From contig JAUIBQ010000002.1 of assembly GCA_030427445.1 (NCBI GenBank), positions 101 through 64,100 of the forward strand: 64,000 nt of DNA. Reading direction: 5' to 3'. The DNA comes from a bacterium (lineage in GTDB: Bacteria; Patescibacteriota; Saccharimonadia; Saccharimonadales; SZUA-47). The notes beneath the pieces are model-generated. The model saw only the letters and a program-made list of their open reading frames with translations, was not told the DNA's origin and did no database searches. Positions 1 to 9,078 of this stretch are shown here, one piece after another (position 1 is the first letter of the stretch; each line of letters begins with the position of its first letter). The position numbers and the translations under genes are program-made.

Positions 1-378
1 TTCACGGAGCTGGCCGGTGGCGATGTCCTGTAGAAAACTTGCGGCGTCGGCTAGTGTTTCGGCTGTTTCCGTTGAGGCCTCCCGTGTCGCACCAGCCCTC
101 TCTGCAAACTCGGTGATGAATTCTCTTTGTTCAGGAGTTACCTCACGCTGTTCTTCTATAGATCCGACGCCTGGGGTGGAGGATCCACGGCTATCTATTA
201 CGCCGTTACGTCTAGTTGCGAAGGCATTGTTATTCGTCCTAGCGTAGCCATCTTTTGCCTGCAAACGATAGAGTAACTCGTCTTCACGGAGCTGGCCGGT
301 GGCGATGTCGCCAAGGAATGAGTTAAAGTCAGCATTCTGCTGACGCTCCTGAGGTGTGACTGTTTCTAGTTCCGACAT
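1..378 (-). CDS. Hypothetical protein, N-terminal part (continues beyond window start); contains an internal sequence repeat (DIATGQLRE occurs twice)
   Basis: Minus-strand ATG at 376-378, open to window edge; not in ORF track because no stop in window. 27-bp exact DNA repeat at 1-27 and 282-308 inside it. Consensus promoter upstream (424-456). Confidence 0.4.
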   Translation of the reverse strand, partial: MSELETVTPQERQQNADFNSFLGDIATGQLREDELLYRLQAKDGYARTNNNAFATRRNGVIDSRGSSTPGVGSIEEQREVTPEQREFITEFAERAGATREASTETAETLADAASFLQDIATGQLRE

Positions 379-423
379 GTTTATTTTGAGGTGTTTGTTT
401 TTGTAATTACTATATAAACATTA

Positions 424-456
424 TAGCAAATTATGGCATTGTTGTCAATATTATAT
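424..456 (-). promoter_or_regulatory. Sigma70-type promoter (minus strand: TTGACA-17-TATAAT) for gene starting at 378
   Basis: Reverse complement reads aTATTGACAacaatgccataatttgcTATAATg; perfect -35/-10 with 17-nt spacer. Confidence 0.55.
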
Positions 457-669
457 ATTTGCTTCAATATATTAGCGAGTATACGTTTACTGCTGCCATA
501 GCTCCTAGAATATCCTTTAAACTAACAGCTATACAACCACGAACTAGGTATTTGAGCTTTATTTCACCTAAAGACTAAATCTGCGCCGAAGATTTTCGGA
601 GTCGAGACGAGTCGCCAATGATGCTCGCAGTAGTTCTGGACGTGATTCTTGATTCTTCATAGTTCTAAA

Positions 670-1968
670 TTACTGCTTAAGGAGAGCTACCAAACCAAGT
701 TCTTCATTATCCTCACCAAGCTCAGGAGCTAGCAACCAATAAGCATAGGTCGTGAGAATGGCGTGCTTAGGCATATCGGTACTACGTTTTTCATTATATT
801 CTTCTTTAGATATAACACCGCCCTCTAGATCCTTCCATATCTTCATGCGCGTATGAGCATAGTTCTGTATTTCTTTAACAATAGTTAAGCAGTCGTCTCC
901 AAATATGTCCTTTATCCGCTCCGGTGTCGCTCCTGCTAAAATACTATGTTGCGTTTTAACATCCTCAGAATTATTGAGTATATTACCAATATTTAGAAGA
1001 AAATTATCAAGCCCTTCAGTAGAAAGATTTAGCACTTCCCATTGCTGGCCTGCATATGATACCTTTTTTGTGTTCGTTCCATCTGGCAACTCTTCGAAGG
1101 TTGCGCTAGCATCAACACGACGTGCTAGTTTATTGAGTTCATCAGCTAAAACACCATCCGCATCTTTCTCGCGGTTTTTACCTGATTTTTCACCTTCAGT
1201 AACAAGCTGTAGTACGCTGTCTACCTCTGATTGGTAATAGCTAAAAGGTTTATTTTCTGATTTTTTACCAAATACAGACGCACTTCTCACACTGACGGGG
1301 ATACTAATTCCCTTATCTTCATCTTTATATACACCAAAATCATCGAGTCTTTTATGGATTTTATTAAGTGCTTCCTCTGCTTGGTCGTCGTCTAGACCAG
1401 TTAAATCAGCAATGATAATAAACTCGTCCCCGCCCCAACGAGCACTAACAGAGCCTTCTATGTCTTGTGCCACTTGCACAGAACCCACGACGTCATTTGC
1501 CGTACTGTTCTTACGTTCAATCTCCTCTTCCCTAGATTGCTTCTCGCCTGGTACACGTAACTCGGAGGTTATTTTTTGACCCATATAGCTGATCACATCA
1601 TTACCGACTTCGTGACCATGCAGTTTATTCATCTGCCCAAAGCCACGACCATCGCACATAATAAATGCGAACTGCTCAGGCTTATACCTATCGAACCACA
1701 TCTCTAGACCTTTAGGGTTGAGTAGGCCTGAGCGTGCGTCGGTAGTATTCTCCCTCGCCTCTTGTGCCAATCGCGTTACAGCACGACCCAACTCAGTCAC
1801 AGGTGGAATTTGACCCTGAAAATTATACTCCCCAGCATTTGCTAGCTCTTTTTGAAGCGAAACTAAATCATCAGCACTATAAAACCTCTCTTCACCATCT
1901 GCGACGGTCTTAATGTGAGGATTAGGGAGCATCTGCTCTGCAGGAGTCTTCGGTATCTGTTCTGACAT
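670..1968 (-). CDS. GGDEF-domain diguanylate cyclase with unknown C-terminal domain
   Basis: MCDGRGFGQMNKLHGHEVGND (DxDxF..N...GH..GD) and ARWGGDEFIIIADL match the GGDEF active-site region. Confidence 0.6.
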   Translation of the reverse strand: MSEQIPKTPAEQMLPNPHIKTVADGEERFYSADDLVSLQKELANAGEYNFQGQIPPVTELGRAVTRLAQEARENTTDARSGLLNPKGLEMWFDRYKPEQFAFIMCDGRGFGQMNKLHGHEVGNDVISYMGQKITSELRVPGEKQSREEEIERKNSTANDVVGSVQVAQDIEGSVSARWGGDEFIIIADLTGLDDDQAEEALNKIHKRLDDFGVYKDEDKGISIPVSVRSASVFGKKSENKPFSYYQSEVDSVLQLVTEGEKSGKNREKDADGVLADELNKLARRVDASATFEELPDGTNTKKVSYAGQQWEVLNLSTEGLDNFLLNIGNILNNSEDVKTQHSILAGATPERIKDIFGDDCLTIVKEIQNYAHTRMKIWKDLEGGVISKEEYNEKRSTDMPKHAILTTYAYWLLAPELGEDNEELGLVALLKQ

Positions 1969-2008
1969 ACTTTTGTTTTTGAATTTTTATGTTAGTAAAT
2001 AACGATAT

Positions 2009-2042
2009 AATTATAGCAAATTATTGCTTAAAAGTCAATATG
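2009..2042 (-). promoter_or_regulatory. Sigma70-type promoter (TTGACT-17-TATAAT) for the GGDEF gene; spacer nearly identical to promoter at 424-456
   Basis: Reverse complement: catATTGACTtttaagcaataatttgcTATAATtat; shares the ...ataatttgcTATAAT block with the 424-456 promoter. Confidence 0.5.
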
Positions 2043-2060
2043 CTTGTGATTATTTACTAC

Positions 2061-2633
2061 TTAGAGATAGTTAGTGAGTTTTTCTTTGATTTGAGCTTTG
2101 AGATCTTCCAGTGTATCTTCGTTAGTGATAACAATATCTGCTTCTTCGATGACGTATTTAATACCCTTCATGTCACCATCAGCAACACCTTCATTTTCGT
2201 AAGAATCCTGCTTCAAAAACTCTTCTAATGAGCGTTTGCTCTCCTCGTCTCGAGCTCGAGACATTATACGTTCATGGCGAACTTTCGGGTCTGCATCAAC
2301 AGCAATCATAATTCCGCCAGCTTCTTTCAACGCTTTCATCTCTCCGATTGAACGAATACCACTGATGATTTGGTAGTCGAAGTTTCGCTCTTTTGCCTGT
2401 AACACTCCCATCTGAACAGTGGTAGACTGATTAAGTTCACGTAGTTGCGTGGCTACCATGAACAGTTGGTCTCGTATAGGATTCTCGTCTGGTGGTAAAT
2501 CAAATAGAAATCGCGTAGACGCTCGTACAAAGTCTCCTGTTGAGTAGTTGTGCATACCAAACATTTCGCACATCAGCTCTGCGACCGTGTCTTTCCCGCT
2601 CCCTGCCGTACCAGTTAATCCAAATAGTTTCAT
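2061..2633 (-). CDS. P-loop nucleotide/nucleoside kinase family protein (dephospho-CoA kinase-like / dNMP kinase-like)
   Basis: N-terminal Walker A GLTGTAGSGKDTV; size ~190 aa; family assignment uncertain. Confidence 0.35.
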   Translation of the reverse strand: MKLFGLTGTAGSGKDTVAELMCEMFGMHNYSTGDFVRASTRFLFDLPPDENPIRDQLFMVATQLRELNQSTTVQMGVLQAKERNFDYQIISGIRSIGEMKALKEAGGIMIAVDADPKVRHERIMSRARDEESKRSLEEFLKQDSYENEGVADGDMKGIKYVIEEADIVITNEDTLEDLKAQIKEKLTNYL

Positions 2634-3133
2634 TGTGTTTTGTATCCTTTACCTTTAAGAATTGAAAATGCTTTTTTGATAACAGAAATCTCTGGATCAT
2701 CAGCACCTTTGATAACGTTTTGAATATCCTTGATCTGGCCCTCTGTTATCCATCGAATCTCTGAGTGGTCGTCAGGATGCAGCACGATATTTTCAGGGTC
2801 GTCTATAAATGTGGCGAAATAAACAAGCTCAATACTATGAGAACCCTTAATTTCATTCACATATGTAAACTCATCGAATAAGTCATGGATTTCAGCTCGT
2901 ACCTGAAACTCCTCCTGTATTTCCCTTGCAAGACCCGTTTTTATATCTTCGCCGAAATCGATATGGCCACCCGGGAGCTCAAATACTCCCGGCAAAAACT
3001 TTTTAACCTCCGAGCGCTTAGCTACAAGAATTTCGTGTTCGTTCTCATCGTTTAAACGATGAAATACAGCGACGGCCGAGAACACCTGTTGGTTTTTGGC
3101 CAGTGTCTCGCTATCGTGCTGTACTTTATTCAT
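2630..3133 (-). CDS. NUDIX hydrolase
   Basis: Nudix box GGHIDFGEDIKTGLAREIQEEFQV (Gx5Ex7REUxEExGU). 4-nt overlap with upstream kinase gene. Confidence 0.7.
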   Translation of the reverse strand: MNKVQHDSETLAKNQQVFSAVAVFHRLNDENEHEILVAKRSEVKKFLPGVFELPGGHIDFGEDIKTGLAREIQEEFQVRAEIHDLFDEFTYVNEIKGSHSIELVYFATFIDDPENIVLHPDDHSEIRWITEGQIKDIQNVIKGADDPEISVIKKAFSILKGKGYKTQ

Positions 3134-3190
3134 CGTTCTCCTTTATTAAATCGTAATTAATTACAGATTTATTCTGTGATTAATTATACA

Positions 3191-3269
3191 GCTCTGGGAA
3201 AAGAGCAGCCGGTGAAATCTGCTTTTGCAGTTTCCCGAGCGATGAGAAAAGGGCTTGCCCTTGTCTCAT
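3191..3269 (-). ncRNA. Conserved structured 3'-flank element, copy B (homologous to 6972-7040); multi-hairpin, immediately after the rpoD stop
   Basis: Minus strand reads ATGAGACAAGGGCAAGCCCTTTTCTCATCGCTCGGGAAACTGCAAAAGCAGATTTC..GGCTGCTCTTTTCCCAGAGC; hairpin 1 and 2 covary relative to copy A. Confidence 0.4.
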
Positions 3270-4432
3270 TACTTTAGATAATCCATAAGTTTACGGGAGT
3301 CTTTATTCTTTTTGAGCTTCATCAGAGCTTTTGCTTCAATCTGCCTAATACGCTCACGTGTGACAGCAAACTCTTGTCCCACCTCTTCGAGTGTGTGTTG
3401 TTTACCATCTTCGAGTCCGAAGCGTAGTCGTAGAATCTTCTGCTCACGATCGCTCAGGCTACCAAGGAGACCTTTCACCTGTTCCTTTAGTAATACGCCT
3501 GTTGCTGATTCTTCTGGAGTTGTCGTGTCCTCGTCTTCGATAAAGTCACCAAGTACAGAATCTTCTTCGTCGTTATGGACACTGGCATCAAGCGAGCTAA
3601 TGTCTTGCTTAATCTTCATAATGTGCTCAACTTTTTCGATGTCCATTTCCATCTCTTCAGCAATCTCTTCGTTGGTCGGCTCACGGTTCAGTTTCTGGGT
3701 GAGGCGGCGCTGAGTCCGTAGAAGTTTGTTGATGGTCTCAACCATGTGCACGGGGATACGAATCGTGCGTGCTTGGTCGGCTATCGCACGGGTAATCGCT
3801 TGGCGAATCCACCATGTCGCGTAGGTTGAAAATTTAAAGCCTTTATCTGGGTCGAACTTTTCTACCGCGCGCAGAAGTCCCGTGTTACCTTCTTGGATTA
3901 GGTCTAGGAGGTCTAAGCCACGACCGACATAACGTTTTGCGATAGACACCACAAGACGCATGTTTGCCTCTGCCATGTGATCTTTTGCCTTCTTGTCACC
4001 TGCTACGACTCGCTTCGCAAGATCTAGCTCTTCTTCTGCGCTGAGAAGAGGGATTTTACCAATTTCACGTAAATACAAACGGACTGAGTCATCAGCTATA
4101 TCATCTAAATATTTCTTATCAGTAGACTCTTTGATAACTTCATCGTCATCACCATCTTCGTCTACCCAGTCATCGTCGGCGTCCTTACCACTCGCACTCT
4201 TTGTCGTAATTTGTAGATTAGCCTCAGCCAGACGCTCGTAAAGTGCATCGAGTGCATCGACGTTGTCGTCATTATCAGGGATTGCGGCGTTGATTTCTTT
4301 CTGATCAATCTTGCCGTCTTTTTTTGCTTGCGCAAACAATGCTTCTGAGTGTTCTTCAACACTCATTGTAGGCTTTTTAGCCTTTCCCTTTTTCTTTACG
4401 GGTTCTTTCTTTGCTTTGTCGTCTTTACTCAC
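3269..4432 (-). CDS. rpoD: RNA polymerase sigma factor RpoD (sigma-70)
   Basis: Regions 2-4 conserved: [48 protein letters not shown]; acidic N-terminal region. Confidence 0.9.
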   Translation of the reverse strand: MSKDDKAKKEPVKKKGKAKKPTMSVEEHSEALFAQAKKDGKIDQKEINAAIPDNDDNVDALDALYERLAEANLQITTKSASGKDADDDWVDEDGDDDEVIKESTDKKYLDDIADDSVRLYLREIGKIPLLSAEEELDLAKRVVAGDKKAKDHMAEANMRLVVSIAKRYVGRGLDLLDLIQEGNTGLLRAVEKFDPDKGFKFSTYATWWIRQAITRAIADQARTIRIPVHMVETINKLLRTQRRLTQKLNREPTNEEIAEEMEMDIEKVEHIMKIKQDISSLDASVHNDEEDSVLGDFIEDEDTTTPEESATGVLLKEQVKGLLGSLSDREQKILRLRFGLEDGKQHTLEEVGQEFAVTRERIRQIEAKALMKLKKNKDSRKLMDYLK

Positions 4433-4452
4433 TAAGCGTTCCTTTGCTACAT

Positions 4453-6231
4453 TTAGTCATCAATAGATGTTGAGCGCACGAGCTCTATGATACGTTGACG
4501 CTCTGCGTCGACCGCTCGTACTTTGTTTAATAATTGTTTTTCTTGTTCTTCATCAGCCGTCTCAAACTGATTGAGTAACTGGTCTTTTTGGTATTTTGCA
4601 AACTGTTCTGCCAGTCGGATTGCTATGTTTTGAGCTTGATATAGTTGCTCATGCCTGTCCGTATGCTGGTACGTCTCTTCATAGAGTAGTGCAATCATTT
4701 TACCATAGTCTGTATCTGTTGGAAGAGTACCTGCCTCTTTCTCGAGCTTTTTCTTAACACTCAAGTTTTCTTCAGTCGTGCAAACACTGTCGGAAAATGC
4801 CGGAAGCCACTGACCAGCCACGAGAGTATTTGCACTTGCAATCGCTAGTAAATGCTGGAGAGATTTATCGAGTTTTAGCCTTTGCTCCTCTAGCTCGGTA
4901 GACTGCTGAATGTTGGTTGGTTTTTTACGTTGCGCAGGCTTATTTCCCGGTGACTCAGTAAGCTGCAGTTTTTTATTCAATGATTCAACAGACGTGCCAG
5001 TCTTTTCCGATAATCGGCTGATATAGTGCTCACGCTCAACGGGATCTTCAAGCTTCGTGACGATTTGCAAAATGTCATCTGCAAACGAACGTTTGCCTTG
5101 TGCAGTTTTAAGGTCATAGGACTGCTCTTTTTGCTGAATGAGCCAATCAATCATGTATAGGTTTTCATCGATAACTTTGAGCCATTTATTAGGATCATCT
5201 TTAACAAGCTCATCCGGATCTTTACCCTCAGGAATCGTGATAACACTCATGTCTAGTTTTAGTTTTTGCGCGAGTGGCACAGTGCGCTCAGCAGCAGTCT
5301 GCCCCGCCCTATCACTATCAAACGCGATGCGTATGTCGCCTGTAAAACGTTGCAAATCTTTCAAGTGAAACTCAGTCAATGCAGTCCCAGCAGATGCAAC
5401 GACATTCGCAACTCCTGCTTGGTGGCTTGCGACGACGTCCAGGTTGCCTTCGACGACAACAACAAATCCACTTTTTCTGATAGCCTGTTTTGCCTGCGAA
5501 AACCCATATAGCTGACGACCTTTGTCATACAGAATCGTTGCTGGTGTATTGATGTACTTAGGTGCGTTGTCGTCGCTTTTTAGCAACCTTGCTGTGAATC
5601 CTACAGGTCTGCCTTGGCTATCGCGCAGCGGGATCATTAACCGACCACGGAATAAGTCAAAATACCGTCCATCTCGCTCACCTACTAAGCCGACTTTTTT
5701 AAGCTCTTGCTCCTTAAATCCTTTACTCAAAAGATAGTCCATCAGCGGACTTCCCTTTTCTGGTGAATAACCAAATGCAAAATCGAGAATCGTTTGCTTG
5801 CTAAATTCACGTGTTTTACGTACGTAATCCAACGCCATTGACGACTGCAGTAAAGCTCGTTGATAAAACCGCACTGCTAACTCAACTGCTTCATAGAGCC
5901 GCTCTTTTTCTTGTTTGTTTTTCTGTGAACTACCTGATTGCGTCTTCGAATACTGATCAAGATCGATACCGGATTTACGAGCAAGTAGTTCAAGTGCTCG
6001 TTTAAAATCGACACCCTCTACTTCTTGGATAAAGCTGAACATATCACCACCGCGACCCGAGCTAAAATCATGCCAGATTTGCTTCTCAGGGCTAACGATA
6101 AAACTCGGAGTACGCTCGGTTGTGAAAGGACTCAAACCTTTGAAGTTTCTGCCAGCACGCTTCAGTGCGACATACTCTGACACGACATCTTCGATGTTAA
6201 GCTTCGATTTTATATCCGCAACTGCGTCCAC
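4453..6231 (-). CDS. dnaG: DNA primase DnaG
   Basis: Zinc-ribbon region [30 protein letters not shown], Toprim [12 protein letters not shown]; rpoD-dnaG synteny. Confidence 0.9.
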   Translation of the reverse strand: MDAVADIKSKLNIEDVVSEYVALKRAGRNFKGLSPFTTERTPSFIVSPEKQIWHDFSSGRGGDMFSFIQEVEGVDFKRALELLARKSGIDLDQYSKTQSGSSQKNKQEKERLYEAVELAVRFYQRALLQSSMALDYVRKTREFSKQTILDFAFGYSPEKGSPLMDYLLSKGFKEQELKKVGLVGERDGRYFDLFRGRLMIPLRDSQGRPVGFTARLLKSDDNAPKYINTPATILYDKGRQLYGFSQAKQAIRKSGFVVVVEGNLDVVASHQAGVANVVASAGTALTEFHLKDLQRFTGDIRIAFDSDRAGQTAAERTVPLAQKLKLDMSVITIPEGKDPDELVKDDPNKWLKVIDENLYMIDWLIQQKEQSYDLKTAQGKRSFADDILQIVTKLEDPVEREHYISRLSEKTGTSVESLNKKLQLTESPGNKPAQRKKPTNIQQSTELEEQRLKLDKSLQHLLAIASANTLVAGQWLPAFSDSVCTTEENLSVKKKLEKEAGTLPTDTDYGKMIALLYEETYQHTDRHEQLYQAQNIAIRLAEQFAKYQKDQLLNQFETADEEQEKQLLNKVRAVDAERQRIIELVRSTSIDD

Positions 6232-6340
6232 GTTTTTACCTTTCTCTTATCAATAATTATCGTGTATCTAGTGCGTAGTATCAAGCACTAGTGTATTCAC
6301 GGCGTAAATATGTAGAAGTTTGTTACAATAAAGTGTAACC

Positions 6341-6913
6341 ATGAGCGATTATGATTTCATCTTACAAGACCAGCAAAAACGTCGAGGCAATAGTTTACTC
6401 CAAGGCTCTTTCCAGCGAAGGCTGATCGGTTTTGTTTTTATAGCTATTGTACTCGTCGTTGTGATTGTACTTTTTAGCATATTACTGAACAGTGGCAAGC
6501 CGTCAGCTTCTGCTTATCTCCCCGTTGCAATCCGTCAGGAAGAGCTGCTTCGTGTGCTGGAAAACCGTGATGATTTAAGTGACCAAACGCTAAAACCTGG
6601 CTACACCACACTCTTCCTTGCTGTCACAAGTGATTTGCAGGCTTCAAACGACTACTTAGCAAAGAATGGAGTTGTGATATCACCCGAGGACAGGACTCCT
6701 TACTACTATTTTGATTTAGAATCTGACCTCGAAGCGGCAAAGTCAGCAAACAGATTTGATGCTGAACTAGAGGCTTACGTTGATAAAGCACTTGCTGACT
6801 ACTCACAAACCCTACTTGGTCTCGAACCGACAACTGGCCAAGCACCGCTACTCGACCAGGCAAAGCAAAACGTTATTTTCTATAACGGCGTTCCTGAGAC
6901 TGAATCTGAATAA
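6341..6913 (+). CDS. Hypothetical membrane-anchored protein
   Basis: N-terminal TM (LIGFVFIAIVLVVVIVLFSILL), no recognisable domain. Confidence 0.4.
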   Translation: MSDYDFILQDQQKRRGNSLLQGSFQRRLIGFVFIAIVLVVVIVLFSILLNSGKPSASAYLPVAIRQEELLRVLENRDDLSDQTLKPGYTTLFLAVTSDLQASNDYLAKNGVVISPEDRTPYYYFDLESDLEAAKSANRFDAELEAYVDKALADYSQTLLGLEPTTGQAPLLDQAKQNVIFYNGVPETESE

Positions 6914-6916
6914 GAT

Positions 6917-6965
6917 TAGTGGATTCCGAGGACGAGGTTGTAGCTGTGAACTATCAGGTCTTTAA
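6917..6965. repeat. 49-bp perfect direct repeat, copy 1 (tagtggattccgaggacgaggttgtagctgtgaactatcaggtctttaa)
   Basis: Identical to 7046-7094; starts 3 nt after the stop of 6341..6913. Confidence 0.9.
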
Positions 6966-6971
6966 CTACTC

Positions 6972-7040
6972 ATGAGAAGGGCAAGCCCCTCTCATCGCGC
7001 AGGGAACGAAATCAATTCGTTCATCTGGCTGCTCTCCCCT
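6972..7040 (+). ncRNA. Conserved structured element, copy A (homolog of 3191-3269), located between the two 49-bp direct repeats
   Basis: ATGAGAAGGGCAAGCCCCTCTCAT (11-bp stem) + GAACGAAATCAATTCGTTC (7-bp stem) + GGCTGCTCT; compensatory changes vs copy B. Confidence 0.4.
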
Positions 7041-7044
7041 TTTA

Positions 7045-7380
7045 CTAGTGGATTCCGAGGACGAGGTTGTAGCTGTGAACTATCAGGTCTTTAATTTGTT
7101 CGTCGCTTAACTGGCCAGTGAGTAAAATTGTGTTCCAATGCTTTTTGTTCAAGTGGTAACCTTCCATCACTGACTCATATTCACTGCGAAGCTTAACCGC
7201 AAGCTGCGGATCGCACTTAAGACTAATTTGTAATGGTGATTTATTGTTCGGGATAAGCGCAAACATCTTTTCATCATCACCAACAGGAGCTTTATAGACA
7301 TTCACATCCTCACCAAATGGAAAATCGAGCCGAGCATTCGGCATGGCTAACACTAATTCTTCTAACTCTTTAATTGTCAT
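7045..7380 (-). CDS. MmcQ/YjbR-family predicted DNA-binding protein
   Basis: ~110 aa, motif ..GYHLNKKHWNTILL.. typical of YjbR family. Confidence 0.55.
   Translation of the reverse strand: MTIKELEELVLAMPNARLDFPFGEDVNVYKAPVGDDEKMFALIPNNKSPLQISLKCDPQLAVKLRSEYESVMEGYHLNKKHWNTILLTGQLSDEQIKDLIVHSYNLVLGIH
7046..7094. repeat. 49-bp perfect direct repeat, copy 2; encodes the C-terminal 16 aa of the YjbR-family gene
   Basis: Exact match to 6917-6965. Confidence 0.9.
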
Positions 7381-8015
7381 GATTTTTCTCCAATTATATC
7401 TTTTGCAAAATAATTTACTACTAGCTGACCGTCTTTTTCAGAAATACTCGTTAAAGAACAGTTAGGCGTACTGCACGCGAGAATTTGATCTCTATCCCAC
7501 CCATTTATGTATGCAGCTAAACACCTTATTGCCATACCGTGCCCCGTAACCAGTACAATGTCATCCTTATGCTCTTTGACCAACGCTTGAGTTACGGCAA
7601 ACTTACGCTCGGCAACGTCACCCAGTGATTCACCGTTTGGGAGTTTAAATGACATGCCTTGATCTTGAGCCTGCTGACTATTTTCAGGTGTCCATATAAT
7701 GTCACGGAACTCTCCTTCAGCATCACCCTGCCCCATTTCTTGTAAGTCATCTAGAATCTCAGGCTTTAGATCAAAATTCAATGTATCCAACACTATTGCA
7801 CCCGTCGTTACAGCGCGCAATGCAGGACTTGAATACCACGCATCAAAACGCACCCCTTCTTTAGTAAAGTACTCTGCTGCCCTTTGAGCTTGTTCGACTC
7901 CTGTATCATTTAAAGGAAGCCAATTACTACGTCCTCCTACTTTAGAATAGGGGCTATTCTCTCTTTGCTCAACATTGTATGGCGTCTCTCCATGACGCAG
8001 AAAAAGTAGCGGCAT
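7377..8015 (-). CDS. Histidine phosphatase family protein (phosphoglycerate mutase-like)
   Basis: LRHGETPYN (RHG motif) near N-terminus and LVTGHGMAIR second His motif. Confidence 0.7.
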   Translation of the reverse strand: MPLLFLRHGETPYNVEQRENSPYSKVGGRSNWLPLNDTGVEQAQRAAEYFTKEGVRFDAWYSSPALRAVTTGAIVLDTLNFDLKPEILDDLQEMGQGDAEGEFRDIIWTPENSQQAQDQGMSFKLPNGESLGDVAERKFAVTQALVKEHKDDIVLVTGHGMAIRCLAAYINGWDRDQILACSTPNCSLTSISEKDGQLVVNYFAKDIIGEKS

Positions 8016-8022
8016 ACAGTGG

Positions 8023-8580
8023 CTATTCTCCTTGTTTTTTAAACCATTCTATGTAGTGCTGTAGTTCTGCGATACTTGCTTGAATATCCTCAAAAGCTCG
8101 GTGAATTTCAGGTTTTTCGTATTGCTCACCGTGCATTGCTTGAAGTACGACTTTCCATGAACTTACATCTAATAAACGGTAGTGCAGGAGCAAATCGAGC
8201 GTCGGCATGTAACTCTCGATAAACTTTTTATCGCTGTGAATTGAGTTTCCTGCCAAGATTGCAAGTTCATCTCCGAAATGATGTTTCACGAGATCAATCA
8301 TCTCTTGCTCAACAATCTCTAACGCTTTGCCTGATTGCGCATTGTCTAAAAAGTCGTTGCGGTTTTCTGGATATTTGTTCCACCAGTCGTTTGCTTTGAT
8401 AAGGCGCGCTAATTTATCTCGCGGATGTCGTATCCGTGCTTCATAGCTCGCAAGCGTCTCAAGATTTGCATCCGTAATCTCAGCAGCTACTTCTAAAATG
8501 ACGTCTTTGCGCTCATCTAGACCAGTCATCTCAAGGTCTACCCAGAGAAACTTTGTCGGAATTTTGTTGCGGTTATTCAT
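8023..8580 (-). CDS. orn: Oligoribonuclease
   Basis: WVDLEMTGLD..., ILAGNSIHSDKKFI DEDDh exonuclease motifs, ~185 aa. Confidence 0.8.
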   Translation of the reverse strand: MNNRNKIPTKFLWVDLEMTGLDERKDVILEVAAEITDANLETLASYEARIRHPRDKLARLIKANDWWNKYPENRNDFLDNAQSGKALEIVEQEMIDLVKHHFGDELAILAGNSIHSDKKFIESYMPTLDLLLHYRLLDVSSWKVVLQAMHGEQYEKPEIHRAFEDIQASIAELQHYIEWFKKQGE

Positions 8581-8620
8581 GTTACAGATTAGTGTACCTC
8601 AACAGCAAAACGCTCTCAAA

Positions 8621-8662
8621 ATAAAAAACTGCCCTCTCGCATTTTTGTGGGCAGTTTCTTTG
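8621..8662 (-). terminator. Rho-independent terminator after mscL (bidirectional architecture)
   Basis: ctgccc-N14-gggcag hairpin with A-tract upstream and T-tract downstream. Confidence 0.55.
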
Positions 8663-8689
8663 AACACAATTAATTATACACTACGTGTG

Positions 8690-9010
8690 TTACTTTTTCT
8701 TGTCGAGTTTATCGAGACCTGATTTGTGTACAACAAAATAGATCACTAGAGCAGTTGCAATCAGGGTTATGATTGAACTAACTACCGCACCCCATGCCAG
8801 GGTTAGCTCACGATCGCCAAGGGAAATAACAGTCCATGAAAGATTACTAAGGTCCTGTCCTCCAAGAATAAAACCAATAATCGGGTCAATAAGACCTTTC
8901 ACGATAGTACTCACTGTACTGCTTGCTGCAACACCTATCGCCAAGCCCACAGCTAGCCCTACTACTCCTTGTTCTCTTACAAAATCTACAAATCCCTTTA
9001 ACATATTCAT
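8690..9010 (-). CDS. mscL: Large-conductance mechanosensitive channel MscL
   Basis: MLKGFVDFVREQGVVGLAVGLAIGVAA... classic MscL N-terminus and TM1. Confidence 0.85.
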   Translation of the reverse strand: MNMLKGFVDFVREQGVVGLAVGLAIGVAASSTVSTIVKGLIDPIIGFILGGQDLSNLSWTVISLGDRELTLAWGAVVSSIITLIATALVIYFVVHKSGLDKLDKKK

Positions 9011-9078
9011 GTCTCCTTTTTCACCTTTTATGGTTCAATCGTACTACATTTTTGCACAACAGAAAAATCAAATACGTC

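Noticed and set aside
6917-7094. Possible mini-CRISPR array (two 49-bp repeats with 80-bp spacer)
   Set aside because: Only two repeats, repeat length and spacer length are atypical, no cas genes, one repeat is coding sequence of a gene, and the spacer is itself a conserved structured element with a second copy at 3191-3269.
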